Source: Diadema antillarum (lineage: Eukaryota). From it: a stretch of DNA of 64,000 nt. The stretch is from positions 1,240,001-1,304,000 of the forward strand of contig NW_027271689.1 of assembly GCF_040938485.1 (NCBI RefSeq). Reading direction: 5' to 3'. Made by a program: the position numbers and the translations under genes. Shown piece by piece: positions 1 to 12,963 of the stretch (positions are counted from its first letter, which is position 1; the number at the start of each line of letters is the position of its first letter). Under the pieces are notes generated by a model. That model was not told where the DNA came from. It ran no database searches and saw only the letters and a program-made list of their open reading frames with translations.

Positions 1-173
1 TCTTTGATTGTTATTGTTATATCAACAGAAACAGAAAACCCTTTTCAGTGAAATGCAAGTTAATGACACTTCATATACTTCAGTGGAAAAAGTTAGTGCT
101 GTATGCTGGCTGTCTACTCTGAAAGACAAGCAAATGTTCAAAAGGTTTTGTATCTTTCTTTTTTTCTGAACAG

Positions 174-3100
174 CTTGGATCAGCGAGAGGATTATGAATA
201 CAACAACAGTGAGCCAGTGGCAGGCAACTACTACCCCATCAACAGCAGGATCTTCATCAAGGTGTGTTAATATCAATATCTTTCTTCCCTCACAGAAATC
301 ACTGATTTGTGGCATATTTTGTCCACTCAAAGCCACTCAAGGCCACTCAAGCCCCTTTTGCCTATTTACCCAACAATAATGTACAGGAATTTTGCCTTGG
401 AAATATTCTCGCACAGGCCAAGTCAGTGCTCATTAATGTGTGATTGTTATGCCTGTAGTCCATAATTTACTTTTATTCTTTCTATTCAGACATCTACCAC
501 AGACTTGATGTCTTAAAAGATGTCTAGATGAATTCAACAGGTGAATTAGTCCTCATCATTCATGTATCAAGCTATTGTTGCCTTATTGGGTCGTAGCCAC
601 ATACACATGCTCTCAAGACACCTCATCATATTTGGGTAAATTATAAATATGGGCTGTATGCAATGACGTAGGCTAATTTCATGAGCTTTCAAAATATTTG
701 ATGAACAAACTCAGGGGGCGGTTAAGATACTGTACCTCCATCATAGTAGGTTTACTAGTAAGAAAATTTTTGAAGTGGTTAAAAGAAGCTTATTAAAAAA
801 AGAAATGGTGTGTAGACCAGTTTTTGTCTCAAATTGGTTCTTTGTTCTAAAATTTGTATTTGCTTTGTTTCTTCCACAAATGTATGATGTTATTCATTTT
901 TTGTGTCTTTTATCACAAATATGGCTGCAGGACAACTCATCCCAGTTCACAGTTTTGACTGACAGGTCTCAAGGAGGAAGCAGTCTCAGGTCTGGATCTG
1001 TTGAGGTCATGGTAAGATCCTGTTTCTCATCTGTAATGATAGCTGGCATGGGAGGGAACAGACAATAATTATGATTCAAAGTGATTATTTTGGTTCAGTC
1101 ATGCAATAAACAAGAAATGTTGGATTGTTTGAATGCCAGCTAGTGTTGTTTTAAAGTTTGTACGGTGATGGAAATGAGGAAGAGAGGTCCTCCTTGGAAG
1201 GACTGTTGTTTGGAGAAAGAAAATCCCTAGAATGAGGAGTTCCTGGAATGGAGTAGGAAGGCCACGTAGGGATAGTGAAAGGAATGCTAGTGGTGATATA
1301 CAGTGGACTCCAGTTGTAACGAAGTCCTTGGAACTGGGAGTTTCTTTCGTTATATCAAAATTTCATTATAACCAAGCAAATAAACTATAAAAAAGACATA
1401 GTGTGGGTAATTTTGCAGCCTAAATTTTTATTTCGTTGTAATCGGAATTTCGTTCTAACCGTGTTCATTGTAACGGAAGTGCACTATATCAAGAAACGAA
1501 GTAAATTTGTTCTCTTGCACTTTGTTTTGTGATACATTGGGATACATTTTGCTATTTCCTCGCTTTCCAAAGTCCTGGTATGCGTGACTCTTTTGCACTG
1601 ACAGATCCATCGCAGGGTTCTCAAAGATGACAACCGAGGCGTGGGCGAGCCTCTGAATGAGACTGGTCAGTTTGGGGATGGTCTCATGGTCCGTGGAAGT
1701 CATTATGTGGTCCTGTCCACCCCAAAGAAGGCTACCTTCCTTCAACGCACTCTGGGAGAGGAAATATATATGAGACCTTACTTTTACATCACCTCGGCAA
1801 ACGAGACCAATGTCAGTGCTAATGTGAGTCCAATGGTATTTGCTTAGCTTTATCAACAACTTGGGTTTTATTCAAAGAGATGTAAGTGTGAAAAAAAAGA
1901 ATACCCATCACCATTGAAAAAATTAAGATTCCACTGTTAGGTTGCAGTATTATGTGTCAATTCATCAGCCAGGGCAATCACAAGCCCTCAACTTACTGAC
2001 ACAGTATATGAAATTTCTGCAAACCAGAGAAATGTAGCGTAGGCTTGAGTTAATTTGCAGATTAATCTGAAATGGAACCTCTAAATATGTGTTTGGTTCG
2101 CTCTCTCTACTGAAAATATAAGGCAGTGATTACATTTTTCTAGCCATGCCAACAGCAAATGACTTCCAAATCTACTATTTGCATTATTCATGCTGTAATG
2201 GTTGAGTTGACTTGAAGATCGATACAAAATCACACTTGTTTTCTTGCAGTCAGTAAACAGACATTGCTAATGCCTATTGATTTCTCCAGATCAAATTACA
2301 TGTATAATTTATTTCCTAGTTTAGGTGATAAAGTAGCATTTGTGATGTATTTGTTACCCCAATAAGACATACCTTGCTGAAGTCAACGATTGTTATTCAT
2401 CATAAGCTTCTAATTAAGTCTGGCGCTTAGCAAGCAGCATCTAAGCACTTCCTGAAAAACTTCAGTGGGCACTTTAGATGATTGCCATGATGGAAATGTC
2501 TACAATGAGATATTCCATTTGCAATGAGATACCATGCCCCTGTGGTTGGCATAGAGAAATTACAAATAACAGACTTCCATTTTAATAATTTTTATGTCTT
2601 TTATTTTAGCATTGAAAACAGAAAACAAATTTTCTGCATACAATTTTTAAGAAAGGGGAAGTAATGAGCATGCTTGCTCATTGATGTAGTTTCATAATCA
2701 TTTTCTTTTGTCTCTCTTTCTCTCTCTCTCTCAGGCATCGTATGTGACCACTACCCTACCTGACAATGTCCACCTCTTGACCCTTGAGCAGCTGACCCCC
2801 AACGTCATCCTCCTACGTCTGGAGCACCAGTTTGAGAATGGAGAGGACGCAGTCTTCTCCAAATCTGTAACTGTCTCTCTCAAGGTTAGCCCTACAAACC
2901 ACCTTCTCACAACAGCCTTTACTCTGCTTTGTTCACCGATCATGTATTGTTGTGAGCTCTGTACACAAATGTATGGGCAATGGACGATGGTAAGATGGCG
3001 GTAAATTGGCTTCAAAGTGATTGGCCAGTGAGATATCCAGACTCTTCCAGTAGAGGATCAGTGGTCAAAATGCTGCAAGTTTAGTGGTAGCTTCGAGGTA

Positions 3101-4473
3101 TGAGTGTGTATAGAGGTATAGGGATGGTACAGTTCTTTTTTTAGATTTTTATCATATATTCATTGGATTCCTCTTATATGATATGTTTTTAAACATTTCA
3201 TGAAGTGGTTTCTAAGTATCTCACAAAAAGTTTAAAAGCTGAATCTTCACCTCAACCAATACTATTTTTTATAATTTGGTCCTATGCTCTCCTGTTTGAT
3301 AAGGCACATATGCCTACTCGCACCTTGCATCAAATTTTTGTCCCTTTTGTGGCAATGCTGACAAAGGTTTTTAATATGTGCAGTTGAGCTTAACATAGTT
3401 TGCAATTTTGGTGAAGACATCACAAGTGTTGTAAATGTGTTTTGAGATCTTTCAGCAAGAATTCTCAATACACACCTGGATGTGGGTGTCAAAGCTGGGT
3501 GCTATGTACATCATTTCATGGCATTGTTTGAAGCCATTTTGTTTCCTTCTGCTCTTGTCCATGCAGGATATGTTCACGCCATTCGCCATCGCAGACATCC
3601 AGGAACTCTCTCTGGCCGCCAATCAGCTCCTGAAGAGTGTCGATCGTCTCCAGTGGACAATAGAGGGCAGCACAACAACCACCCCGCAAGGTAACATCTG
3701 TTGTCTATTCTGCCCATATGGCACCATGGTACTCAGTGTATAGGAAATCTTGGCAGAGCATGCTTGGCTTTAGACAGGCTTGAACATCCTTCAAATGTTT
3801 ATGCCTCCATTTTTATTCAAATTTTCTTATTCTTTGAATAATCTGATTCATGATGCGTCTGTTTTCACCAATCACAATTTCTTGGATGAACGTTGACGAA
3901 TGGACTATGAGATTCCACAGATGACTCTGGGATATCAGAGTCCATTGAGAAGAAAATTGGGAGGGAATCGTTACTCATTTTGAGAATATATAGGGCCTAC
4001 AATGCAGCCAAAATATGATGGAATGGAAGTTAAGTCAGTGACGGTACTACTATTATGATAATCCTAAGTCATTATAAAATGAATTGAGATATTAGAACAG
4101 GAACATTATAAATTAATCTTCAACTTATCATGGATGACCTATTCCTGTTCATTTAGCTTGAGAGGCAAGTTGGCACCCCCCCCCCAAAAAAAAAAAAATA
4201 ATAATGACAATGTTTCAAATCAATCTGAGATGGTGATTCAATATGTCACCAGTCACATTTAGTGACCTAACTATGCTTTAAAGTCAAATGGCATTTTGTC
4301 TACTTGAGTGAAAAGTCAAGCTGACATTTTGAAGTATGCTGAAATGGAGTATTTATAATTACTTTTGGACTATTGCAGCTTTCAAGCCCATCCCAGTCAC
4401 TGCGCCAGACTACAACGTGACGCTGAACCCGATGGACATCCGCACATTCAATGTGACCATCCAGAGACACTGA
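174..4473 (+). CDS. MAN2B1: Lysosomal alpha-mannosidase (GH38), last six coding exons; 5' part lies upstream of the window
   Basis: Exons 174-261, 931-1011, 1605-1823, 2735-2884, 3567-3690 and 4379-4473 (TGA) all have AG/GT boundaries and compatible phases. They translate to EPVAGNYYPINSRIFIK, FTVLTDRSQGGSSLRSGSVEVM, IHRRVLKDDNRGVGEPLNE, LPDNVHLLTLEQ..LLRLEHQFE, IQELSLAANQ and VTLNPMDIRTF, all hallmark GH38 lysosomal mannosidase C-terminal motifs. Confidence 0.95.
1301..1486. mobile_element. pogo/Tigger-like (Tc1-mariner) MITE, copy 1, in a mannosidase intron
   Basis: TA|CAGTGGACTCC...GAAGTGCACTA|TA ends with (TT)ATAACG-type subterminal motifs; same family as 18254-18420 and 63218-63733. Confidence 0.7.
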
Positions 4474-6095
4474 ACACAAGCCCCGCCCCCGTTTCCATGG
4501 AGTGAGCAAGCATTGACGTTCTGATGTTTGTACATGATGGATAAGATGCTGATACGTACCATTATTCCGTGGTTACCAACGCTTTGAGAGCTGATACTAT
4601 TTATAATCACTATCATGATTTTTGTCTTCCAAGACACCAAATTGCAGAAATGAATGTATTATATATTACAGTTGTATTATGTATTAACACTCAGATTGGT
4701 GGGAAATTACACACAGATAATTTGTGAAAGAACTGGAAAGATGAAGGTAATAGTTTCAATGATAATATTAAAATGTTAGAAGTGTGACCTCATGCACAAT
4801 CAATCAAATGAGACACTAAAGTAGTACCTTTAAAATATTGTTTTTAGCATGTTAAAGACTCAATGTGGTAAAAGAGTCTGAGCATATCAGGAAAGGATAT
4901 ACTTTAGTAAATAAAGCAAACATCAAATTTAGACTGAAATGTGTTTCATAGTCGGGTATCAGCAGACCCCTCATGTTTACACGATGAGGGGACTTTTCTT
5001 TTCTCTTTTCTTTTCTTTTCTTTTTTAAAGTCTTATTCATTCTGAAATATAAAAACACAATGATGCAATTTACCTACATGTACCCTCTTACATTGTTTGT
5101 GTCCATGTGACCAAGCTGTTCATGTCCCAGTATACGGTGCATGGTTGTGTACATTTTTCGCAAAGGTTGAAAAAAAATAGAAACATGAGTTGCATTTGGG
5201 TGTTGGTATACCCAAGAAATTGATCTTTTTTGTTGGATGTGTGTTGTGCTTGTTAATTTTACTTTTGTGGGCATTGACAAGCATTCTTGAATAGTATCAT
5301 TGAAAAGAGCAGTACAATTGAACGGTCTGATGAAGTTATGCACATGATATTCAACGCACAGGCAAAGAAGTACATGTATTTACCATTCCATACTATTAGG
5401 AGTATAGGTCAGCATGACAGAATAGAGCAAAATTATCAAGATGCTTTAATACTGTGGTGTTGTCAATGTCTGTGATGTTAAGTGAAGCAATTTTTTTTTT
5501 CATTTGGATTTTCTTCTTGGCATGACAATACAGTGACTTCATCAATGATTACCATTGCTGAGGAGTATGGCAAGATGTTTACAAGACACATGCTTATTAT
5601 ATATAAAATGTCTTAGGTTGAGAAGAGTCTGTGGAAGGGAGTGATGAATTCATCAAGCTTTGCCGTGCAATAAGGTAACATTTGGATCAGATTTCAAACC
5701 TGTGATCTAAATGCCTTGATATATTTTGAATGTTTGGTATGTTGTAAGAAGAAGATTGCTTGTTTTCTATGGAGAAAGAAGTGTAGAGTGGTTACAAAAT
5801 CACACTAAATTGTGACTGTTCTTGTTATCAAATGACATGCAGTACATAGGTGTATTTTTCTACGGTGTATGTTCAGTATTGAGAAATTTGACTTTCTTTC
5901 CATTATTAGTACTTTTGTATTGTAGAGCTTTGATCTCGCAAACAAGACACCTAATTACAACTATGTGAAAAATTAAAAAATTGTTTGAATATAGAATTTG
6001 AATTTATAAGTCTTGATGTATAATTAGCCTGCATTAATACAGACAACCTTACAGGAATTTGTGTGACATTGTATGTCAGTTACGGAGTTTAGTCA

Positions 6096-6370
6096 GTGTT
6101 TGTTTGTTTGTTTGTTTGTGTGCTTTTATTTCTGCATTCAATCAGATGCAATTTGAATGCAAACTTCAATAAGTACAAAGACAAAGAATAACAATTGCAG
6201 TGAAATAAATCGATAACAGTACATAAATAGATACACATAGGTGATTGCATTGAGCAATGTAGATACACAGAAACATAAAATAAGATATACAATATTTTTC
6301 AGTAAACAACAGAGATCATTGAATGCAGGAGACCACCATCATAAGCGATTAAGCTTGAAATGGATGGAGG
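6096..6370 (-). mobile_element. Possible 3' tail of a CR1/L2-type LINE
   Basis: On the minus strand, a short stem-loop-like segment (CAAGCTTAATCGCTTATGATGGTGGTCTCC) is followed by an AT-rich tract, AATAAA and an (ACAA)n tail. No RT coding sequence is visible. Confidence 0.3.
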
Positions 6371-6931
6371 CCTCATTTTAGTCAATGTTCAGTTGATCAT
6401 GCCCCAAATCAATGTTTTTTCATGTCTTTGACATAAATATCACTTCACTCCACCTGTGTTAGGCCTATTTTTTTATCCTAGCAGCTTTACTAGATGTTGC
6501 CGATAGATAAGTGCATTTTATGAAGGAATCCTCTGTACCATAGTTTAAAGCCTAAACACATGTGAATACTTCTGGTCTCGCCTCCAATTTAGCTGGTAAA
6601 CAGCACCTTCAGGGATTATATCATCAAGGTCAAGGTACTAGGTGGTCCATAATCACCGTCGTGGTATGTATTCTTACGGGGTCATTGAATGTACAATCAT
6701 AGCAGCTCTATTAACAATAGAGTAACTGATATGATGTCATTGTTATTGTTTATGTTATTAAAGTGAACATAAATATGTTTACTACTGTGCGATATTTTGT
6801 AAATGTATCATTTGGTACCTACTGCGTGTCTCACTTTATGAAATGGCCTGCCATCACATTGTTTTATGGTTAGCATGCACATTTCATGATTTTTTTCTCT
6901 TTTCCCTACTTTCCCTCTGTAATGTTTTTAA

Positions 6932-7312
6932 AGGGATAGTACAGTATTGGTGGAGATGAGAATTGGGCTTTTAACTTTTTGCGAGATACCAAGAAAACAC
7001 TTATGACATAGTACAGAGGATACCATTTTAAGAGGAATTCAAAGTTTATTTGATGAAAATCGGGTTTGGACTGACTGAAACATCCAAAAACAAAGTGAAA
7101 CAAAGCGATCGTAATAAAGTGTGGGTCCCACACTTTATTAGAATCGCTCTTTTTTGGATATCTCAGCCATTTCAGAACCAATTTTCATCAAATAAACGTT
7201 GAATTCCTCAAAGAATTACATGCTCTTTCAAATTTCATAAGAGGTTTCTCATCATCTCACTAAAAATGTTAGAAACCTGAAATTAGGTCTCAACCAAAAC
7301 TATACGATCCCT
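6932..7312. mobile_element. Non-autonomous DNA transposon with TTAA target duplication (Kolobok-like)
   Basis: TTAA|AGGGATAGTA...TACGATCCCT|TTAA. Confidence 0.6.
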
Positions 7313-7593
7313 TTAAGCAGTGTCATCTTTCAATTACATCTATCTACTGATATTATACTGTCTCGTGTAATAATTTTGTTCACAATGACCAAGAGTGATA
7401 TAATTTAATCTGTTTCACTGTTGATATCCGATGGACAATAAATGAATTGTATGTGAGCAAGAAATACAAGAACTGTTAGTGTGATGTGTGTACAGTGTAT
7501 GTCATTTTGAGTTTCACTCACAAACATGTACATTCTCTTTGGATGAGAATCCTATCGGCAGTTTTGTTTGTTCTAGATATGATAAGCGCTTAA

Positions 7594-7678
7594 CCCGTTG
7601 GGGACAAGTCCCGAGTATACTCGGGCAGGTGTCTATGGGAAATGCGTGTTGTAGCAAAATGAAACCGTCCTCAACGGG
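7594..7678. mobile_element. 85-bp piggyBac-like mini-element
   Basis: TTAA|CCCGTTGGGGAC...GTCCTCAACGGG|TTAA (12-bp TIR, 1 mismatch) with internal perfect palindrome CCCGAGTATACTCGGG. Confidence 0.65.
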
Positions 7679-7986
7679 TTAATTGTGTCAGTAGATTCAT
7701 CCTAATCATGGAGCCAGTTGCCACCCTTTCTTAGCCGAGGCTTCGTAAAGTTTTATTGCAAAAACATGATACCATGATACTCATTACGATATTGGTGTGT
7801 AATGGGACCTTTCAGAAATTATACCGACAGATGATTTAGATAGCTTGTTTTTCATTCCTCGGGTAAAATGTCCATGAGCCTCATCAAATACAGTGTACTG
7901 TATGTATAATTACCACTTCAATAACATAATCATTCAAATCATGTGTAGTTTGTACTATTTTTCCTTTCCCGATAACTACAACACAG

Positions 7987-8142
7987 NNNNNNNNNNNNNN
8001 NNNNNNNNNNNNNNNNNNNNNNNNNNNNNNNNNNNNNNNNNNNNNNNNNNNNNNNNNNNNNNNNNNNNNNNNNNNNNNNNNNNNNNNNNNNNNNNNNNNN
8101 NNNNNNNNNNNNNNNNNNNNNNNNNNNNNNNNNNNNNNNNNN
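7987..8142. other. Assembly gap (156 N)
   Basis: Run of N. Confidence 1.
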
Positions 8143-8470
8143 TGTACCTGGTAATCCGAGCATTTGATAGTACTCGGTAGAAGCATCTGAGTAAGAATGT
8201 TTACAAATGTACTCAAATTTATGAAACCATTTCCCTCAGGTGCTCCTAACATTCTATTCCATTGACCTGTGCACGCCTAGCTAATTTCGTATAAACTTAG
8301 AATCCAGTTCACATATTTTAGTTGTTGCTACATCAGGCAAGCCTTTAGCAAACTAACTAGGAATTAGGAAGAGCCTACAGGGTATGCATGAGATTTAAAA
8401 CATTTAGCAAACAAATCTGATGAGAAGATTACTCCTATGTCAAATTAGGGAAGGGGCGGGGGTGATGAGT

Positions 8471-8636
8471 CAGGGGCGGATCCAGGAATTCTGTGAAGGG
8501 GGGGGGGGGGCGTGACAAATATTTCTGGTGTCACTTCCGGGTTTCATTTCATTGTTTTTCTTTTTATTTCTTTTGTTTTAAACGAAAAATAAAGGGGGGC
8601 GTGCGCCGGTTGCGCCCCCATCTGGATCCGCCACTG
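8471..8636. mobile_element. MITE with CAGGGGCGGATCCAG termini
   Basis: CAGGGGCGGATCCAG...CTGGATCCGCCACTG inverted ends flanked on both sides by TGAGT (apparent 5-bp TSD). Confidence 0.7.
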
Positions 8637-9369
8637 TGAGTACATGTAAATGATGTAATATTCTGAATAAACCAGCCCATACACGTGTCGTGTGTGTCTA
8701 AATCAGTTTAATATACGGTTTCTCCACGCACTGTGTATCATACGGGAACATAGATTCATTATACATGTACATGTTTTAATAAAATGTTTACATATAAAAT
8801 GTTCACGTATCGTATCTGCCGAAGTACATGTAGTATTGATACAATGTACAATGGATTGCTCTTTACTACTTTTAAGTTGATGCAATATAGTTGTAAAGCA
8901 ATTTGAGTTGTACAATTATGAGCCTATGTAATGTGACACCACAAACAATAAAAAAAAAACTCTTATCATAATACAACATGTACACCACATTTATCACATG
9001 TAGTTTAACCCGTAAGTCAAGCAGTTTGCTGCAGTCGTAGTTCTAGACAGTTGGGGAAAAATCTTGGTATGTATTACAATGAGAGTCAATACTTCATGTT
9101 CGTGACATGTCCAGCAAATTGTTAAAAGTGTCATGTTTTCAGACGTAGTCACCTTTTATCAGATACGACTTTTTGTGTTGTCATTTATAGTAATCATTGC
9201 AAGTGGTGTACAAATAGAACTCTATCATCGGAAATCAAACAGGGCCCAATACCCTATATATTTTTGCATAGACCACGGATATGACAAAGCTTTTGTTCCT
9301 CAAAAATAAATAAAGAAAAAAAAGAGTTTTGATGTATTTACAATAGTTTTTCCTATCAGAGATATGAGA

Positions 9370-11547
9370 TTAAGATTCTGGGAATGGATTTCGGCATCGC
9401 ACTCGTCCATCAGCGAAACATCGACACACGAGATCTCCCTTCAAGAAGTTCACATTCACCTGTTAGAAGAAGACAAACGAAACAAATATTCCAACAATGA
9501 GATTGAACAGTAACAACAGTGCATTGATTTCATTGTGAATAATAGTGCGCAACTTAATGTGTAGATTTGCCAATTGCAAAGCAGCAGTGTTCATATTCGA
9601 CATTTGCTGTCTGCTATAGTGTACCAAATTATTTGACGAGAGAAAAAAATTAGGGATAGTACTCCGCTATTATTTTTCCAGCTGAGCAAGGGAAGGTATA
9701 TCCATGTAGCTCCATGGTATATCCATGGTATTGTGGGGGGCTTTATTGCCTGAAGTCAATGAAGTCCGCTTTATTATGTACCAGTACTACACTTGAAGAA
9801 AAAAAGATGTTCGTTGTTTGCCATTTGCTTACGATTTCGTTCCTTTTCAAGATTTTGAGCCGTTATACTTCATTTACCAGGTAACGTTTAATAAAACTAA
9901 AAAAAAAAAAAAAAGGAGTAACTCTTGATATTTAAGATATGAATAGACAAAGACGGAGTACAAGAAGAAAAATAATGCAAGCAGAAAAGACCATGAAGAC
10001 AGAGACTTCATTGTAAAGAAATAGAGAGATGAGAAACGAAAGCTTACTGGAAAAACTTCGTCGTCGTAACTGCACTCGGTGACCTGACGTTTCCTTCGAC
10101 AGACCCTCTTCTGCACACACACATCCGCGTAGCCATCCAGAATGTAACGCCCGCGAGGACACGCCCACCCGCTGACGCACATGCGCACACATGGGCGCAT
10201 GCCGGATCGAGATTCTTTACGCACATCTGCGCAGGTGATTGACTGGCATGCCGATAGGCATTGGTTGAACTCGAGATCGTTACTGCTCGGGCATTGTTGC
10301 AGTGGGCGTGTCTTACGTACTAGACGGTCTAATATACGAAGAAAATAGACAAATGGGAAAAAAAAAAAACATGGGAAAGAAATGCAACAGCAAACGCATG
10401 CAGATAGTATTATTGGCAATGTTATAATTCTATTCAATATAGGATGAGAGAGAAAGAGAGAGAGAGAGAGAGAGGGGGGGGGGGGGACAGGCAGACGAAA
10501 TTGTTAAAAAAGTACAAAAACCCTAATAGAAACTCTTTGAAAGCATATCATAGACGCATAAATGTTTGATATCACGTATACAAGCAATAAGATAATTACA
10601 GCTAAAATGGATATCTCCTTTTTTCCATCGAACAAACCACTCTGATGTTACATAATAATTTTGCCCATCCGTTTTGGTTGTTGGTTATCTATGTTTACGT
10701 TTGACTGCACGAGTTGCAGAGATTAAAGATAAAGTGGATGGTGACACCTTTTCACGATCGGTTGGATTCACTTTCAAGAAGCATACAGGACTAGGCATAA
10801 TACTATTAATAGAAACTTCATGATTTAACCATGAGGAACACTGGAGTTATGATAGTAAAATAAGTAAGTTCAATAACAAACATGACAAAGATAGTGAAGA
10901 AGATAGAAGAAGGAATGTGAAATATAATATATCATTATGTCTTTCCAGTAAATTATTATGATATAATATGTATTATATATGGGTGTTTTGGTGTGTATAT
11001 TCATATACATGTATCATATCTAACATTGAAGAAAGGGAGAGGTTGTAGATAGAGACATAAGTAGAGGAAAGATATTGATGGATGTAGGATTGAAAAAGGG
11101 ACCTATACGTAAAGTACATGATATATTTGCTGCACTTCACAAGAATCCTCCTCTTACTGTTTGTAAGCTCAAACGATATCTATCAGCCACGCAAAAACTA
11201 CGACATTAACATAAATGTATTTGATATGTGTGAGAACAAAATGTTTCATGTATAAGAATAACGCGCTTAGATATCCATTCAGATAAAACTTCTAAAGTTT
11301 TATGAGAACATTTATTCCTACGGTATATTCCCCGAAAGGTAAGAGTGCTCACTCCTAGTTATGATAAATATCATGAACTAATACGGCAGTAACTAACATA
11401 ATAGAATAAACTGTGTGAGTAGGTTGCATTAATAGTCGAAATGATTGCAAATTTCTGTTCCATACCTTTCGCAGGCCTCTGCTGAGCTCCATTAACCAAA
11501 ACGGCTAATACGAGGATGAACAGTAAGACATTGAGTATTCTCTTCAT
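9370..11547 (-). CDS. Secreted small cysteine-rich protein: signal peptide + TIL (trypsin-inhibitor-like) domain + short VWC/TILa-like 4-Cys module, 150 aa
   Basis: Exons 11547-11466 (MKRILNVLLFILVLAVLVNGAQQRPAK, GTATG donor), 10328-10048 (CPSSNDLEFNQCLSACQSITC..PCVRMCVSGWACPRGRY..CVQKRVC, GTAAG donor) and 9459-9370 (VNVNFLKGDLVCRCFADGRVRCRNPFPES-TAA). Total 453 nt with phases 1 and 0 consistent. Confidence 0.85.
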
Positions 11548-12963
11548 TGTAGTGATCTCCGGAGACAGTGTTTCAACTTTCTTTGCCCTTGTATTGGAGT
11601 TGCAAAAGCACAACAACACTACTAACACCCGACCGTGATTTGGTAACTGGTAAGTTGAGATCGCGGGGGGGGGGGGGGGGGGGGGGGAGGGGAGGAGCCG
11701 ACGTAAGACCGGAAGTGGGTCTGTCAAGCCCGATAGATTAGGAGAATGGAAATCGTGTGTCGTACAAATTGTAGCCATACAAGAGATAGCCTACCTTTGG
11801 CCACTTAATTCAATCCTCTTTATCACTACTCGCTTATTGGGATCATATCCCGTTTACGAAAACGTTGGTGGTTGCATGCTCTTTGCCTATAGCAAAGAGA
11901 GAATGCAAATACAGTTGATCAATATAATTGTGCATTGGGCATTTAACGGAATGATAAGTCATCTTTTTTTTAATAGATCGGTGCATGGTTAGCCAGCTAG
12001 CTCTTTAGATAGATTATAGCTTGATTGATTGATTTATGGACAGACACATAGGAAGACACGCCAAAACAAATAGATCGATTAGAACAGATATCAAAACAGA
12101 AAAGATTAAGTGATGGGGTATGAGGTAAGACATTTTTGTACCTGATGATAAAGAAAAAAAGAAATGTATAAAAACTATGTCAAAACTGTGGAGTCATGGT
12201 ACTGTAGTGATGGGTTTTCTCGTCAAAGAAATGTCAGCAATTGTGTACGCATACTAGTAAAGCTGCTTCAAGTACAGCAAAATCTACATTTGCTGGTTGA
12301 AGAGTTTTGTTTGAATTCCGATACATGTCCACAAATTGCTAGCTTCGGTAATGCATATTACGATATTGACTCTGCCTATACTTTTGAAGGCTTTTGTTCA
12401 AAGCAGCCACCCGATGCGAAAGGTAGTGACGCAACAAACGCTTCTTCCACTGAAGCAAAACAAGCCTTTGTCATGCATTTTTTCACCTTGTGCTAGACAT
12501 GTCTGCCTTGTCTGAAATAGCTATGCCTGTCCATAGGTCCATAGACGCGTAGGGAGACATGAGTAGTTTGGGAGTCGTCTCAACGTTGATATTGATACAC
12601 TGGGGTATGTCATCATTTTGTCACAGGTTATAATAATGTATGTCCTCAGCGTTTATTCAAAAGACTTTAGATATTGTTTGAACAGAAGCTAATCGTTGCT
12701 ATAAACTACAATATACACTTCCCCGTCTGTATCTGTGAACGAGGATGCAGCATGAGGCAATTCAAAGCAAACACGCCAACAACAACAAAACAGCAACAAA
12801 TGTGCGACGCTGTTTAGGGCTTTGGAATGTGCACATTCATTCCATACCGTTTGCTAGATCGGGAATCACGATTCACGCCCTTCGAGTTCCATGGGGGCAC
12901 TCTGTGTGTCTTAACTACATTAATACTTTTCTTCACCTTTGCTGTCTTCACGCAACACACAAA

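Noticed and set aside
491-540. AG..GT-bounded 50-nt segment in a mannosidase intron
   Set aside because: The in-frame reading hits a stop, 50 nt would shift the frame, and the flanking exons join correctly without it.
7884-8252. ORFs spanning the N run
   Set aside because: Artefacts of the assembly gap.
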